Counted from the whole stretch's first letter, positions 29,110-40,448 are shown. The stretch is 63,923 nt of DNA, filler included, from an uncultured bacterium (GCA_964449065.1; 6 parts of 6 records of this genome joined end to end with filler, not necessarily neighbours in it), one strand, 5' to 3'. A program made the numbers and translations. Notes: generated from the sequence alone by a model not told the origin.

Positions 29110-31230
29110 TTACGTTAACCGGGATGAATACCACATCTCCAGCATCAACAACCCTGCCACCGCGATCACAAAAAAAATACCATACTCATTCCTCTGAACC
29201 GTTTCTTCTTCAATTAGTGTATCTTCCTTCGTATCAATCCGTTCCAAATTGGGCGAAGCACAATACCGCAGCACAAACTCATCGGCCGGCACCGGCTCCA
29301 CATCCGCTTCTTCGCTATCTACATTAATCGCATAAACATAGTGTTTTTGTTCATTCTCTATTTCCTGTCTCCACTGCAATAACCCCGGTTCATCATAAAC
29401 CGTTTTCTCATTCCCAACCCAATCCTGCCATGTATTGCTTTCTTGGGTAGAGTAGCGGTACGATGCACTCTCCTCATTTCCTTCCATTTCAGGATACACT
29501 GCAATCGCTTCGCCAACTGTCCAATGATCCTGATGCCCGGTCTCTCCATACAAATAGAATAACATTTCATGCAGCAACGGCACAAATTTTTTGCTTTTCG
29601 GAAAATTTGTCCAATCCAACTTCATCGCATACGGCACAATCAATATTCGCGAATTCTCATTCGACATCTCGACCAATGAAGGGTATGCGGTATCATTCTC
29701 TTCGCTCTCAAAATACGATATCACCCGCGCCATCCGGTTGGATTGTTCGGAAGATTCTTCTACATTCAAACGGTAATAACGGTAAAACCGGTAAGACGTA
29801 AAATCGTTAAACTTCTCTCCCTGAAAGATGGTAAACACGGGATGATCAAAATCGATTCGTGAAATCAACGAATAGCGTCTGGGATCAAATGTCTCACGGC
29901 TTACACCGTCATTTCTGATGTTTAAACCGGTTAGATAAGCGGTAAGCGTATCTTGGTTTGCCGTCTCATCCAAAAAGAAAATGGCTTTCATACCGGCATT
30001 CCACGTTTGCAGCAGGATATCCAACCGGTTTGAATTCAATCCGCTCCAATCACTAACCAACAGGATGGATGAATCATCATTGGCTTCTACCAATGCATCA
30101 GCCAGTGGTAAGGTGGTAACATCCCACGGCATCTTCTCCGAATATGTCAGCGCTTGATGAATAAACCAAGCGGAAGAATTAACATCCTGATAGAAATTCG
30201 ATACCAAAGTAACCGGTATTTCCGCATCCGGATTCTTGACAAAATAATGTCTGTTATCCCTATTAAGATCGTCTTCATCCACTTCAAGCCGACCGGAAAA
30301 TACTTGCTTCGTCTTTTGCATATTAAAAAACACTTGCGAGGCATTCCCCGCCTTCACATACACATCACGGGTGGCTGCCATTTCATTGTTTACCCACAAA
30401 TCAACCGGTATCTCTTTGTCCTCACCAGTCCAATTCTTTATCTTTCCAACCACACGCAGGTTATCCTGCCGATCGCGAACATGGGTATCCAAAACCGAAA
30501 CATTGTTCGGCGCTTCATATTCTTCTTGCAGTGAAACCACTTCCAACTCCATCTTCGATGACAACTTCCACCCCGAAGTCTCTTTCGCCATCCCCACACG
30601 CTGCATATCCGAGATCAAATAAATCTTTAACCGCGGCTCATTCTCATCCATCCCCTGCACCGCGTTCAACAGCTCTCTCTCAACATCCTGCAAGCAGGAT
30701 ACAAAATCAGTGGATTCATTGCTTAACGCCGCGCGCTGCAATTCCCGCGCCATCGTCTCTTGCGACGCGGCCGCAGAAACCTCTCTCATATTCAAGTCAA
30801 AATCAGCCAATGGTTTTCGATGAAAAGGGATCAACTTTACATAATCGTTTGTGGATAATGATGACAATATTGATGCCGCTTTTTCTTTTCCTTCTGCAAA
30901 CCGCCCATCCATTCCCATGCTGTATGATACATCCAATAAAATCGCGTTAATGGTTGTATTCTCATCAATCTCAGCCGCGATATCGCTTGTCCAAAAAGGC
31001 CTTGAGAACGCAAGGAACAACAGCAGAAACAACAGCATCCGCAACAGCATTAACAGCCAATGCTGAATCCGCCGCCTCTCAATCACTTCTTTCTTCACAT
31101 GCGGCACAAACAACAAACTGCTGAACTCCACCGGTTCCCGTTCGGGCCTGCGGATATGATGCAAGATCCACGGCACCACCACCATCACCGTACCGGCCAA
31201 CAATGCAGGAAAGAGAAACGAAACCATCAC
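29110..31230 (-). CDS. BatA N-terminal plus vWA domain protein
   Basis: FLFP..PWILH..FSSLLF..LLLFLAFSRP; DVSYSM MIDAS; ISD. Confidence 0.85.
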   Translation of the reverse strand: MMVSFLFPALLAGTVMVVVPWILHHIRRPEREPVEFSSLLFVPHVKKEVIERRRIQHWLLMLLRMLLFLLLFLAFSRPFWTSDIAAEIDENTTINAILLDVSYSMGMDGRFAEGKEKAASILSSLSTNDYVKLIPFHRKPLADFDLNMREVSAAASQETMARELQRAALSNESTDFVSCLQDVERELLNAVQGMDENEPRLKIYLISDMQRVGMAKETSGWKLSSKMELEVVSLQEEYEAPNNVSVLDTHVRDRQDNLRVVGKIKNWTGEDKEIPVDLWVNNEMAATRDVYVKAGNASQVFFNMQKTKQVFSGRLEVDEDDLNRDNRHYFVKNPDAEIPVTLVSNFYQDVNSSAWFIHQALTYSEKMPWDVTTLPLADALVEANDDSSILLVSDWSGLNSNRLDILLQTWNAGMKAIFFLDETANQDTLTAYLTGLNIRNDGVSRETFDPRRYSLISRIDFDHPVFTIFQGEKFNDFTSYRFYRYYRLNVEESSEQSNRMARVISYFESEENDTAYPSLVEMSNENSRILIVPYAMKLDWTNFPKSKKFVPLLHEMLFYLYGETGHQDHWTVGEAIAVYPEMEGNEESASYRYSTQESNTWQDWVGNEKTVYDEPGLLQWRQEIENEQKHYVYAINVDSEEADVEPVPADEFVLRYCASPNLERIDTKEDTLIEEETVQRNEYGIFFVIAVAGLLMLEMWYSSRLT

Positions 31231-32165
31231 GCCCCTCCTGCCGAAATGTTTTTATTCACACTGGATGTATACAACGCGTGGTTCCTGCGGTGCAAAAAAT
31301 GATGCAGCGCGCGGTCCAGCGGTTCGGTCGTCACAAACTCTTCCACATCAATCTCCGCCGCGCGGCACTCCCGCTGAATTCCGGCAAAATGATTCCGCCG
31401 GTTCTCCAAATACCCGCCGCGAACCGCGTCCGGTACCACAAACTGCTCATCCTGCGATTCCACATCCACCAGCGTCACCGTCCGGTCAAACGGAAACGTC
31501 TGTTCCGCCGGGTCGCTGATCTGCAAAACCAGCACATCATGCCGCCGCGCCCGCAGCGATTTTAAATGCTTCAGCATCTCATCCAGCGGATGCAGCAAAT
31601 CCGATATCAACACCACCATCCCGCGCGGCTTTAACACATTTCCTACGTAAGCCAATGATTTATCCGTATCGGTCTTGCCCTGCGGCTTTACATTATCCAA
31701 CGCGGTCAATACATGAAACAAATGCTGCGGGCTGCTTTTGGGATGCAAGTGCTCAAAAACGCTGTGATGATAAGCCATAAACCCTAACGAATCGTTCTGC
31801 TTAAACAGCATCATGGTTAAACAAGCCGCCAGCATTCTTGCGTACTGAAATTTGGTAAGTTTCCCCGACCCGTAATTCATCGAAGAACTGCAATCCAACA
31901 AAATCGTGCATTGCAAATTGGTTTCTTCATGAAACATCTTCACATGCAGTCGGTCAGACCGCCCATACAAGTTCCAATCCACAAAGCGCAGGTCATCGCC
32001 TTGCACATAGGGCCGGTATTGTGCAAATTCCAATGAAGAACCATGCAGGGGGCTGCGGTGCATACCGCTGAATGAGCCTTCAACCACCGTCCGCGCCAGC
32101 AATTGAAGATCGGATATGTTCATTAAATCGGCTGGATCTACATGCTTAAATTTCTTGGAATTCAT
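31227..32165 (-). CDS. DUF58 (vWA-like) protein
   Basis: GMHRSPLHGSSLEFAQYRPYVQGDDLRFVDW, DCSSSM. Confidence 0.9.
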   Translation of the reverse strand: MNSKKFKHVDPADLMNISDLQLLARTVVEGSFSGMHRSPLHGSSLEFAQYRPYVQGDDLRFVDWNLYGRSDRLHVKMFHEETNLQCTILLDCSSSMNYGSGKLTKFQYARMLAACLTMMLFKQNDSLGFMAYHHSVFEHLHPKSSPQHLFHVLTALDNVKPQGKTDTDKSLAYVGNVLKPRGMVVLISDLLHPLDEMLKHLKSLRARRHDVLVLQISDPAEQTFPFDRTVTLVDVESQDEQFVVPDAVRGGYLENRRNHFAGIQRECRAAEIDVEEFVTTEPLDRALHHFLHRRNHALYTSSVNKNISAGGA

Positions 32166-32172
32166 ACAGACA

Positions 32173-33204
32173 TTATGCCAAACCCGATTTCGGCTCGGCA
32201 ACCGTTTCTAAGATTTTTTCAATGATGTGATGAACCGTAATGTGATCGGCTTCCGCCCTAAAGTTGGTCAAGACGCGGTGATTCAATACATGCGGTGCCA
32301 CCGCGCGAATATCCGCAAACGTTACATGAAAACGCCCCTGCAGCAGCGCACGCGTTTTCGATCCCAATATCAAATACTGCGTCCCCCGTGTTCCCGCGCC
32401 CCAGCTGACCCACTCCTTCACAAAATCCGGCGCATTGGGAGATTCCGGCCGCGACGCATGAATAATCTGCACCGCATACCGCGCGATCGGCTCCGCGATC
32501 GGAACCATCCGCACCAGCCGCGCAAAGTTGATCATATCCTCACCGCTAAACACTGGAGTTAATGTATAATCCGTAACCGCGGTGGTTTTGGTGGCAACTT
32601 CCAACTCTTCTTCTACACTCAAATAATCGATCTTCACGTTAAACATAAAGCGGTCGAGCTGCGCTTCCGGCAGTGGATATGTTCCTTCCAATTCAATCGG
32701 GTTCTGCGTCGCGAACACATAAAACGGCTTATCCAGCGGACGACCCACACCGGCCGCGGTAACTTGCTTTTCTTCCATCGCCTCTAATAAAGCCGATTGC
32801 GTCTTCGGCGGCGTCCGGTTAATCTCATCCGCCAGTAATATATTCGTAAAAATCGGCCCTGGGATATACCGCAACTCCCGGTGACCGGTGGTACGGTCTT
32901 CATCAATGATTTCCGTTCCCGTAATATCGGAAGGCATCAAATCCGGCGTAAACTGAATCCGCTTGAACTGCAAATCCAAAATGTCAGACAGCGAACGAAT
33001 CAAAAGCGTTTTTGCCAGCCCCGGCGCTCCCGTCAGCAAACAATGAGACCCGGAAAACAGTACAACCATCAGCTGCTCAATAACCTTATCCTGCCCCACA
33101 ATAACTTTCCGCAATTCGGCGTTCAGTTTTTCTCTACCCTGGTTAAATTTTTCCAGAATTTCTTCTTCTTGCGTAATGTGCGGTATAGCGGTTTCGTTTT
33201 GCAA
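32173..33204 (-). CDS. MoxR-family AAA+ ATPase
   Basis: GAPGLAKT, RIQFTPDLMPSD, LADEINRTPPKTQSALLEAM; probable TTG start at 33204. Confidence 0.93.
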   Translation of the reverse strand: MQNETAIPHITQEEEILEKFNQGREKLNAELRKVIVGQDKVIEQLMVVLFSGSHCLLTGAPGLAKTLLIRSLSDILDLQFKRIQFTPDLMPSDITGTEIIDEDRTTGHRELRYIPGPIFTNILLADEINRTPPKTQSALLEAMEEKQVTAAGVGRPLDKPFYVFATQNPIELEGTYPLPEAQLDRFMFNVKIDYLSVEEELEVATKTTAVTDYTLTPVFSGEDMINFARLVRMVPIAEPIARYAVQIIHASRPESPNAPDFVKEWVSWGAGTRGTQYLILGSKTRALLQGRFHVTFADIRAVAPHVLNHRVLTNFRAEADHITVHHIIEKILETVAEPKSGLA

Positions 33205-33354
33205 TGTGCCTCTCTCTTTCTGAAATGATCGTAACAGGCCAGCGGTATGAAATGAAAAAAGTTGATACTTATCACTCCTATTTAATACTCTATTTAACCC
33301 GTTTGACAAATCGAGTTGTTTGTCAATCAAAAAATGACGGCTGGCTATCCGTTG

Positions 33355-33394
33355 TACCCCCTTGTTAAGGGGCTTCTAGGGGGGATCGATCCCC
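33355..33394. repeat. Degenerate copy of the GC-hairpin repeat
   Basis: CCCCTTGTTAAGGGG..TAGGGGGGATC resembles 11278-11307. Confidence 0.6.
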
Positions 33395-33487
33395 GTCATT
33401 TAATCGTTGACACAATACTTGAAGTTTATTGTTCCATGCGATGGACGGTTTCGCGAGCCACTCTTTTTCATCTCTCATCCCTAATCC

Positions 33488-34336
33488 CTAATGCGTCATC
33501 GCATATACAACAATATTGATTCCCAATGGATAGGCTTTCTTTTTGGATATTTCTTCAAAATATTGTGGATTTTTAGCTTCTTCTTCCCAGCCGTCGCCTA
33601 GATCGGAATTATGGTTGATCACCGCCATCAACCGCCCATTCTTATCCCACACCCCTTTCAGGGAAACTTTGCCGTCACCATCTCCATACCGGACTTCTGA
33701 AGTCCGTCCGCCCGAACCGGCCCAATACCCAATCCCCGGTATCTGCGGCACTTCTTTCAACTCAAATACAATATGAAATAATTCATGCTCCAGCGGGATA
33801 TCAATCATGGGATAGTCTTCCGGTGGAAACACCTTACTGAACTCAAATTCCCAGTTTTGCCAATCCCGCTGTCCCCAAAAATCATCCACCAGCAAAAATC
33901 CCCCGCGCAACAAATACTCGCGCAGATTTTCCGCCTCTTGTTCGGTAAAATACAAATCACCGACTTCCAGCATGTAGATGAAGGGATAATTAAATAATTC
34001 TTCGTCGGTCAACCGCACCACGGCATGTTGATAGTTGCCGTATTCATCCGTATTGACTTTAATCGTGGTCAGTTCCGATAAACGAATGGAAAAATTCTCT
34101 TCCGATTCCGGAAAATCAACCGCCCATCTGCCGCCGCCCCGGCCCCAGCCTCTGCCGCCGCTGTTATACATCACCCGGCAAAACGTAAAACTGTCCGTTG
34201 GAAAAATATCTCTCTCGGGAAGGGAAAGCGAGCGGTCTCTTCTTCCACGCCAACGCTGCGCATTGGATTCTTCCACCATGAAAAATGGAACAATCAGCAG
34301 ACTAAGCAATACGATGGGTAAAATGTATTTCGTCAT
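33488..34336 (-). CDS. DUF4159 domain protein with signal peptide
   Basis: YPFIY, LREYLLRGGFLLVDDF, HNSDLGDGWE, GINIVVYAMTH. Confidence 0.88.
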   Translation of the reverse strand: MTKYILPIVLLSLLIVPFFMVEESNAQRWRGRRDRSLSLPERDIFPTDSFTFCRVMYNSGGRGWGRGGGRWAVDFPESEENFSIRLSELTTIKVNTDEYGNYQHAVVRLTDEELFNYPFIYMLEVGDLYFTEQEAENLREYLLRGGFLLVDDFWGQRDWQNWEFEFSKVFPPEDYPMIDIPLEHELFHIVFELKEVPQIPGIGYWAGSGGRTSEVRYGDGDGKVSLKGVWDKNGRLMAVINHNSDLGDGWEEEAKNPQYFEEISKKKAYPLGINIVVYAMTH

Positions 34337-34344
34337 AATTTATT

Positions 34345-34438
34345 TAACTCATGTTACGCAACGAAGAGACTGTCGTTGTTATCCCCCCCCTTATTAAGGG
34401 GGGGTAGGGGGGGATCGAAGCACGCTTTCAACAACGCA
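34345..34438. repeat. GC-hairpin repeat copy at contig end
   Basis: Near-identical to 11240-11330. Confidence 0.85.
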
Positions 34439-34538
34439 NNNNNNNNNNNNNNNNNNNNNNNNNNNNNNNNNNNNNNNNNNNNTTAATTAATTAANNNNNN
34501 NNNNNNNNNNNNNNNNNNNNNNNNNNNNNNNNNNNNNN

Positions 34539-35077
34539 CCACCAAATACACAAATCCGCGCGGCAAGGGGATGTACGTGATATCCGTCATCCATGACGGT
34601 CCAACATGCGATACACGGTGGACTTGGGCACGGGATGTCCAGTCCTTTTCTCATAGGCTGCTTTCACTTCACTTACCACCAAAACGCCACCCGCTTTTTC
34701 CTGCTCATGAAAGTCTGCTACGAGGGAATTCTCTTGGTCTAAGGTTAGATTTTCATGACGCCGCCCTCCGCGCCCCACGCCAAAGAACGCCTCCGCTCCT
34801 TCGCGGAAATATTGCCCTTGAACGGCTTTGACTCGACTCACACTCCAGCCAATGGCTCGAGCGACCTGATCCGCATTCAAAGAAAGAGTGGCTCGAAGCC
34901 ACATACACATTACCCAACGAAAATCGTCCTTGGTTTTCGCCCGGTTCAAGCACTCTTGCAATTCGTTTTGTTGCTCTTTGGTTAGGGGTCTGGAGGGGCG
35001 CATTTCTTTTCCTTCGATGTAGAGTTTCATCAAAGGTTATTTGAGTATAATATTTTTTTGAATGCAACTTAGTATTA
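34539..35077 (-). mobile_element. IS630-family remnant (HTH part of transposase at 34587-35033)
   Basis: QVARAIGWS, GRGGRRHENLT, STVYRMLDRHG*R where Trp is expected at the stop; candidate end TA-ATACTAAGTTGCATTCAAA near 35077. Confidence 0.75.
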
Positions 35078-35229
35078 GATTCCTAACCTCCATAAAATTA
35101 ACTGGCAAAAACCGAATGCTGGTAATTTAGGATTATTTCAACTCTTGCAAATATCTAAAAAGTGCATGATTCTTGTTTGCAGTAAAATATGTTGCGCACT
35201 TCACACAAAAATGATTTAATTATTTCGCT

Positions 35230-38200
35230 ATGAAATTTAGAATTATTTTATTTATATTTTTATTGTCTAGCCACAATTCTTTTTCAGAACCGACTGGCCA
35301 AGTACGCTTTTGGGACGTGGAGGATGGTTTCGATGAACGGTTTCTTCACAAAATCAGTGTGACTCACGATGACAACGTCATAGCCGTTCAAGGGCATGTA
35401 AATCATATTAACGTACTCAATGGGTACGAACGAAAACCATTGGATACCCCAGGATATTGGCAGACTACACTAGAGAGTCCGGATGGAACCTTGTGGGCGG
35501 GTTATGGGGATTATTTAACAAATCGGGTACATGGTCTGCAACGGCGGGTAAACGGAGAATGGCAAAGGTATCGCATTCCGAAACTTGCATCACAGAAAAT
35601 TCCTACGGTAATGCATCCGCTTCCTTTTATCCCTTTATCCGCTTCACACTCATTATTTCTTTCGACATCTTCACTACACCTGTTTAATGCGGATTTAGAC
35701 TTGAGCCGTCTGGTACTTCATGCAACCGAAACAAAATTGGCTGCCTTTCATCATATTGTGGCTGACTCCACTACTACTTTTTGGATTACAGGCGCCAAAG
35801 GATTGCAGCGCTTTGCAAAAAGCAAGGACGGTTCCGAACGAGTTATACCCAAAAACGAATTGTTATTCGATCCCGCTTCCGGATACAACCGGTTACGCAG
35901 GGTGACTATCCAATCTAACAATGATATATATGGACTGGTTGATTCTCTTTTCAATCCCGGCGAAATTCTTTTTATTCGATACCAGAACGGTACATGGGAG
36001 TGTTTGGAACGTTTGCAGCCAGAGCGGTATATTGATCCGGTCGTTATGCCGACTCAACAGGGATATATCTATGAAGCCGCCGGAACGCTTTACCATAAAA
36101 TAGAAGACCAAACCATCCCGTTATCTCAGTCATGGCATTTGCAATCTCCTTATACGGATTATAAACAGCATGAAGACAATTCGTTGTTCATTGGCACATC
36201 TACCGGCCTCTCCCGCTGGTCTCCCTCACTTTGGAGAAAACCGAATTACTTCTATGCCAATCCGGAACCGGTGTTGGATGCGTTTTTAGATGCGGAAGAG
36301 CGGGTTTGGTTTCGGATGAGCAATCAGTTGGCGCTTGTGGATGGGGAAGAATGGACATCGTTTCCGTTTCGGGTGCATTCCTGCTATGCAGACAAACGTG
36401 GCAATGTATGGGCCATCCAAGATGATGCATTGCTTCGTTATAATCAAACCGGCTGGGTCAGATATCCTATGACTGATGAGTTGCGTTTAGAAAGCGAACT
36501 GATTGAAAGGCCCTTCCCCAAAACAAATCTTATCGCTCAATTGCCGGATGGTAAAATCGCGATTACAAAATCGTCCAATTCGGTTGCGTTATTTGATCCA
36601 CAAACAGAACGGTTCCATACGTCCATCACTCTCCCCATACCAGAGGATCAGTGGATTGGCCGAATCTATGATTCGCCTGAGGGCATTTGGATCGAAACGA
36701 GTTTCCATTTATTTCGATATGACGGAACCGAAGTTCAAGTGTTGTTTCGAAAAAGCAACCAGCGGGATACAGCCAATTGGCTGATTGATTATTTTGTCAC
36801 GGCCGGTAACGAAATTTGGATCACTGAATTTGAACGTGTTTCCCGCTTTGTGGATGATACCTTATCTTCTTTTAAAGAAATGGACGGCCACACCATTGAT
36901 GGAGCGGGGGAAATTCAGCAATTGCGGAATGGCCATATTTGGATCGGAGGCTGGCAAGGCGCCACCCAACGTTTTGATGGCCAACGGTGGAGCACAGTTT
37001 CCGGACCGAAATTTTATGGCTGCAAAGATATTCTTGAATCGAGAGACGGAACAATTTATGTCGCTTCGGGCAATCATATTTATCATTTCAGAAACCAATC
37101 ATGGATTTCTCACGGAAGAGAAGAAGGCTTGCCGGATCTTTGGGTACGAAAGATTCTGCAGGATCGACATAACAGAATATGGGCATTGTCATCGTTATTT
37201 GATAAACAAAACACACAAAATGAAGTCCGGTTATACAATCCGCAAGTGGATATTGACCCACCCGAAACCAACATCGATGAATCGGTCAAAGACAATGAAC
37301 AGTATATTGCCGGGTCCGCAATTCAAATTCCCATCCAAGGTATGGACAAATGGAAGTATACTGAACAAGACCGTCTGTATTATTCTTACCGTATCAATGA
37401 CGAACCGTGGTCTCCCTTTCAATCCAACCGGGTTATTACAAGGACATTGCCGGCAGGCCGCTATGCATTTGAAGTGAAAGCGATGGACCGGAATTGGAAC
37501 GAAGATCCAACCCCGGCGTTTGTCCAATTTCAGGTGGTCTCGCCCTGGTATCAAGATCCGCAATTTTTGGTTGTGGTTTGTTTTTTATTGATCGTGATTT
37601 TACTTTTGACTGCATTGCATTTTCGCCATCACATCAATCTTGGAACTATGGTCAAACGACGAACATGGGAACTAAGCTCAGCCAACAAGAAACTGAAAGA
37701 AAACCAGATGCAATTGCGGTCTTTAGCAAATGAATTGATTGTCACCGAAGACCGGGAACGGCAAAAACTGGCATCGGATTTACACGACCGCATCGGGCAG
37801 TCGCTGGCCATGTGCCAGATTCAGCTCGATGCCATGCGGGACAAAACCAATCAGAAAGAAATGAAAGACTTTTTGGACGGGATATCCAAAGAAGTGGAAC
37901 AAACGATTGATGATGCCCGCACGCTGTCGTTTGAAATCAGCCCGCCGGTATTGTACAAAGTCGGGCTGGAATTTGCGCTTCGGGAACTCCTGCGCCAATT
38001 ACAAGAAAAATACAGTCTAAACGTGAAATTACAATACAAGAGCATTGACAATGTATTGGAAGATGATCTGAAATCGTTCTTATTCCGTGCTGTGCGGGAA
38101 TTGCTGTTCAATGTTATTAAACATGCCCACACCAAAGATGCATCCGTAATTATCCAGCAACATGACAGTGACGTTCAAGTCGTGGTAGAAGATCAAGGAA

Positions 38201-38349
38201 GAGGAATTAAAAAACTTCCCACCAAACCCAGCGGTTTCGGTTTGATGAGTATAGAAGAGCGCGTTAAATTTTTGAGGGGGACGTTTACGATCACAACTTC
38301 TTCCCATTCAGGCACCAGGATCGAATTTTCTGTCCCCTATCACAATTAA
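35230..38349 (+). CDS. Sensor histidine kinase with extracellular beta-propeller and Y_Y_Y domain, HisKA_3, HATPase
   Basis: Signal peptide, G.IW repeats, YYSYRIN..YAFEVKAMD, TM, ERQKLASDLHD, ELLFNVIKHA, DQGRG, GFGL. Confidence 0.9.
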   Translation: MKFRIILFIFLLSSHNSFSEPTGQVRFWDVEDGFDERFLHKISVTHDDNVIAVQGHVNHINVLNGYERKPLDTPGYWQTTLESPDGTLWAGYGDYLTNRVHGLQRRVNGEWQRYRIPKLASQKIPTVMHPLPFIPLSASHSLFLSTSSLHLFNADLDLSRLVLHATETKLAAFHHIVADSTTTFWITGAKGLQRFAKSKDGSERVIPKNELLFDPASGYNRLRRVTIQSNNDIYGLVDSLFNPGEILFIRYQNGTWECLERLQPERYIDPVVMPTQQGYIYEAAGTLYHKIEDQTIPLSQSWHLQSPYTDYKQHEDNSLFIGTSTGLSRWSPSLWRKPNYFYANPEPVLDAFLDAEERVWFRMSNQLALVDGEEWTSFPFRVHSCYADKRGNVWAIQDDALLRYNQTGWVRYPMTDELRLESELIERPFPKTNLIAQLPDGKIAITKSSNSVALFDPQTERFHTSITLPIPEDQWIGRIYDSPEGIWIETSFHLFRYDGTEVQVLFRKSNQRDTANWLIDYFVTAGNEIWITEFERVSRFVDDTLSSFKEMDGHTIDGAGEIQQLRNGHIWIGGWQGATQRFDGQRWSTVSGPKFYGCKDILESRDGTIYVASGNHIYHFRNQSWISHGREEGLPDLWVRKILQDRHNRIWALSSLFDKQNTQNEVRLYNPQVDIDPPETNIDESVKDNEQYIAGSAIQIPIQGMDKWKYTEQDRLYYSYRINDEPWSPFQSNRVITRTLPAGRYAFEVKAMDRNWNEDPTPAFVQFQVVSPWYQDPQFLVVVCFLLIVILLLTALHFRHHINLGTMVKRRTWELSSANKKLKENQMQLRSLANELIVTEDRERQKLASDLHDRIGQSLAMCQIQLDAMRDKTNQKEMKDFLDGISKEVEQTIDDARTLSFEISPPVLYKVGLEFALRELLRQLQEKYSLNVKLQYKSIDNVLEDDLKSFLFRAVRELLFNVIKHAHTKDASVIIQQHDSDVQVVVEDQGRGIKKLPTKPSGFGLMSIEERVKFLRGTFTITTSSHSGTRIEFSVPYHN

Positions 38350-38506
38350 TCCTTGACGTAATATCACCGTTTATACTCCATTGGATTATTCCGTTTTACT
38401 CCAAGCGACTAGCGCGAAATATAGAACATTATGAATATCAAACCCGCTACTTTTTCTCTATCCTATAGCCGTATTGCCAATCCAACAAAATATGGAGAGA
38501 TAGAAA

Positions 38507-40396
38507 ATGATGATACCAGCAAAAAACCTTGGGCTTTATGTCCTACTTATTGTACTTTTTCTTCGTGTGCTCAATCTCAACCTCCATGCGCAAGAACTGA
38601 TGGGAGAGGGGCCGCAATTCGATAACCCGGTGGCAATGGATATCGATCAAAACGGAAACCTATTTGTTGTTGATAATGTAGATGGAAAGCGCGAATTTGA
38701 AATGATTCAGGTTGATCTCCAAACCGGGAACCGGGAAATCGTCCATACTTATAATCTTTATAACGTGTTGAAACGGTATCAAAACTTTTCCTATTCTATT
38801 GTCGATATCGCGCTTAGCAGCGGCAATAATCATTTTGTCGTTGTGAAAAACAGGAGACGTTCTTACATCGTACGGGTCAATCCGTTTGAACAAACCCAAA
38901 CAATACTAACCGAAGGAAGGTCCGACGACACATTTAATCAAATTTTGTACACAAAATCCGATCGACTGTTTGCTGCTTCTGCCCATGCAGGCATATTAGA
39001 AATCGATCTTGAAACGGGGTCGCCCACTCTGGTATCCGGTGAGAATAAAGGCGAGGGAGTTGATTTTCGTAGTTTCTATGATTTTGAAGCGGATACGAAC
39101 GGTTATTTATACGTATCTGAATTCAGCATCACTCCTTTTTCATTTTATGGTGTTGGGATAACCCGCATTGACATAGAAACCGGAAACCGGCACCGGTTTT
39201 ATGAATTCCCTCCCTTCATGCATGGTGATTATGTGCCGTGTATGACCCTATCTGAAGAAGGTCATTTGGTGATTGTCGATAGAACCTTTGACAAACGCCA
39301 AGTCATAGAAATTAACCCAACGAATTTTGAACAACGGATCATGAGTGACTTTACCCAAACCGAAGGACCGGGGTTTATAAATCCAACCGAAATTGTGCAG
39401 CATAATGGAGATTTCTATATTTTGGAACAAGCAAATCGTTCCCCGCAAGAAGGAATCGGGGTTGTTATGGTGAATGGAGAAACGGGACAAATGAATATGA
39501 TTTCTGGGTACAACATGAAACCGCAAGAGGAATTAAACAGTCTTACAGCAGTAGAAGCCTTACCCGATGGAGAGGTTTTACTCCTGAAACATCATCATTC
39601 TTTCTGGTTTTCCGGTTTTGGAACATTGTTCAGAATGAATCCGGATACTGGAGAACGCACAATCATTTCTAACCGCACTCAAGGCGTTTGCCGTGAACTG
39701 AGGTACCCTCATGATCTTGCAATTGATGCGCTCGGAAGAGTTCTTGCTGTCGACCCCTATTCAACACCAAGAAAAAACGTGAAGCAGTTTGACCCCGTTA
39801 CAGGTCAAATGATTGGAGCATACGAATTGAAAGGAATTTTATTCGGATCGCGAATCGTATTAGAGCCGGATGGCTCATTTGTAATGGCTGGGGGTGATTC
39901 CGTATACCGTTTTGATGAACGAAGCAAACGGATAGAAGAATTCGCAACGTATCAAAGCGATCAGTACTCTGATGACCAATACACATCGGCCGCAGTGAAA
40001 CAGGATGGGATAATCTTGGTTGGCCGCAGTTGGACCAATACGATTCTTGCCATTGATCCCGTATCCGGAGAAGTAAATGAACTGAAGGTAGAAACAACAA
40101 ATGAACCGTACCGGATTTTCAATGTCAGGAACATGATTGTCAATACAAAAGATGAAATCTTTGCCGTTGTTGGAAGTGAAGAACGGGGCCGTTTGGTAAA
40201 AATCGATGAGATGAATGGAAAAATCATGTCCGTATCCAATCAACCCGTTGGCTATAAAGATATGACCGTTCTTCCCAATGGGGACATTATCACAATCTCA
40301 AATGATAAAGTATTTCGAGTCAACACACAAAACGGTGATGTTGAAATTATCAATGAAAACGTGATGACCAACGTCGATCATTGGACACGGTTTTAA
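38507..40396 (+). CDS. Secreted NHL/beta-propeller protein
   Basis: Signal peptide; repeated ID..TG.R..IS and P.D.AID motifs. Confidence 0.75.
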   Translation: MMIPAKNLGLYVLLIVLFLRVLNLNLHAQELMGEGPQFDNPVAMDIDQNGNLFVVDNVDGKREFEMIQVDLQTGNREIVHTYNLYNVLKRYQNFSYSIVDIALSSGNNHFVVVKNRRRSYIVRVNPFEQTQTILTEGRSDDTFNQILYTKSDRLFAASAHAGILEIDLETGSPTLVSGENKGEGVDFRSFYDFEADTNGYLYVSEFSITPFSFYGVGITRIDIETGNRHRFYEFPPFMHGDYVPCMTLSEEGHLVIVDRTFDKRQVIEINPTNFEQRIMSDFTQTEGPGFINPTEIVQHNGDFYILEQANRSPQEGIGVVMVNGETGQMNMISGYNMKPQEELNSLTAVEALPDGEVLLLKHHHSFWFSGFGTLFRMNPDTGERTIISNRTQGVCRELRYPHDLAIDALGRVLAVDPYSTPRKNVKQFDPVTGQMIGAYELKGILFGSRIVLEPDGSFVMAGGDSVYRFDERSKRIEEFATYQSDQYSDDQYTSAAVKQDGIILVGRSWTNTILAIDPVSGEVNELKVETTNEPYRIFNVRNMIVNTKDEIFAVVGSEERGRLVKIDEMNGKIMSVSNQPVGYKDMTVLPNGDIITISNDKVFRVNTQNGDVEIINENVMTNVDHWTRF

Positions 40397-40411
40397 TCAG
40401 AGTCCTTCATT

Positions 40412-40448
40412 AAAAAAGAACCCCTCTGAATATATGGAGGGGTTTTTT
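40412..40448 (+). terminator. Intrinsic terminator
   Basis: AACCCCTC..GAGGGGTT followed by T tract. Confidence 0.8.

Noticed and set aside
23084..34336. MoxR/DUF58/BatA/DUF4159/DUF4175 cluster as a novel system
   Set aside because: Widespread, already described gene cluster, although its function is poorly understood.
34587..34589. TGA at an expected Trp position in the IS630 ORF as stop-codon recoding
   Set aside because: Other genes use TGA as a normal stop and downstream sequence looks degenerate, so it is a nonsense mutation.
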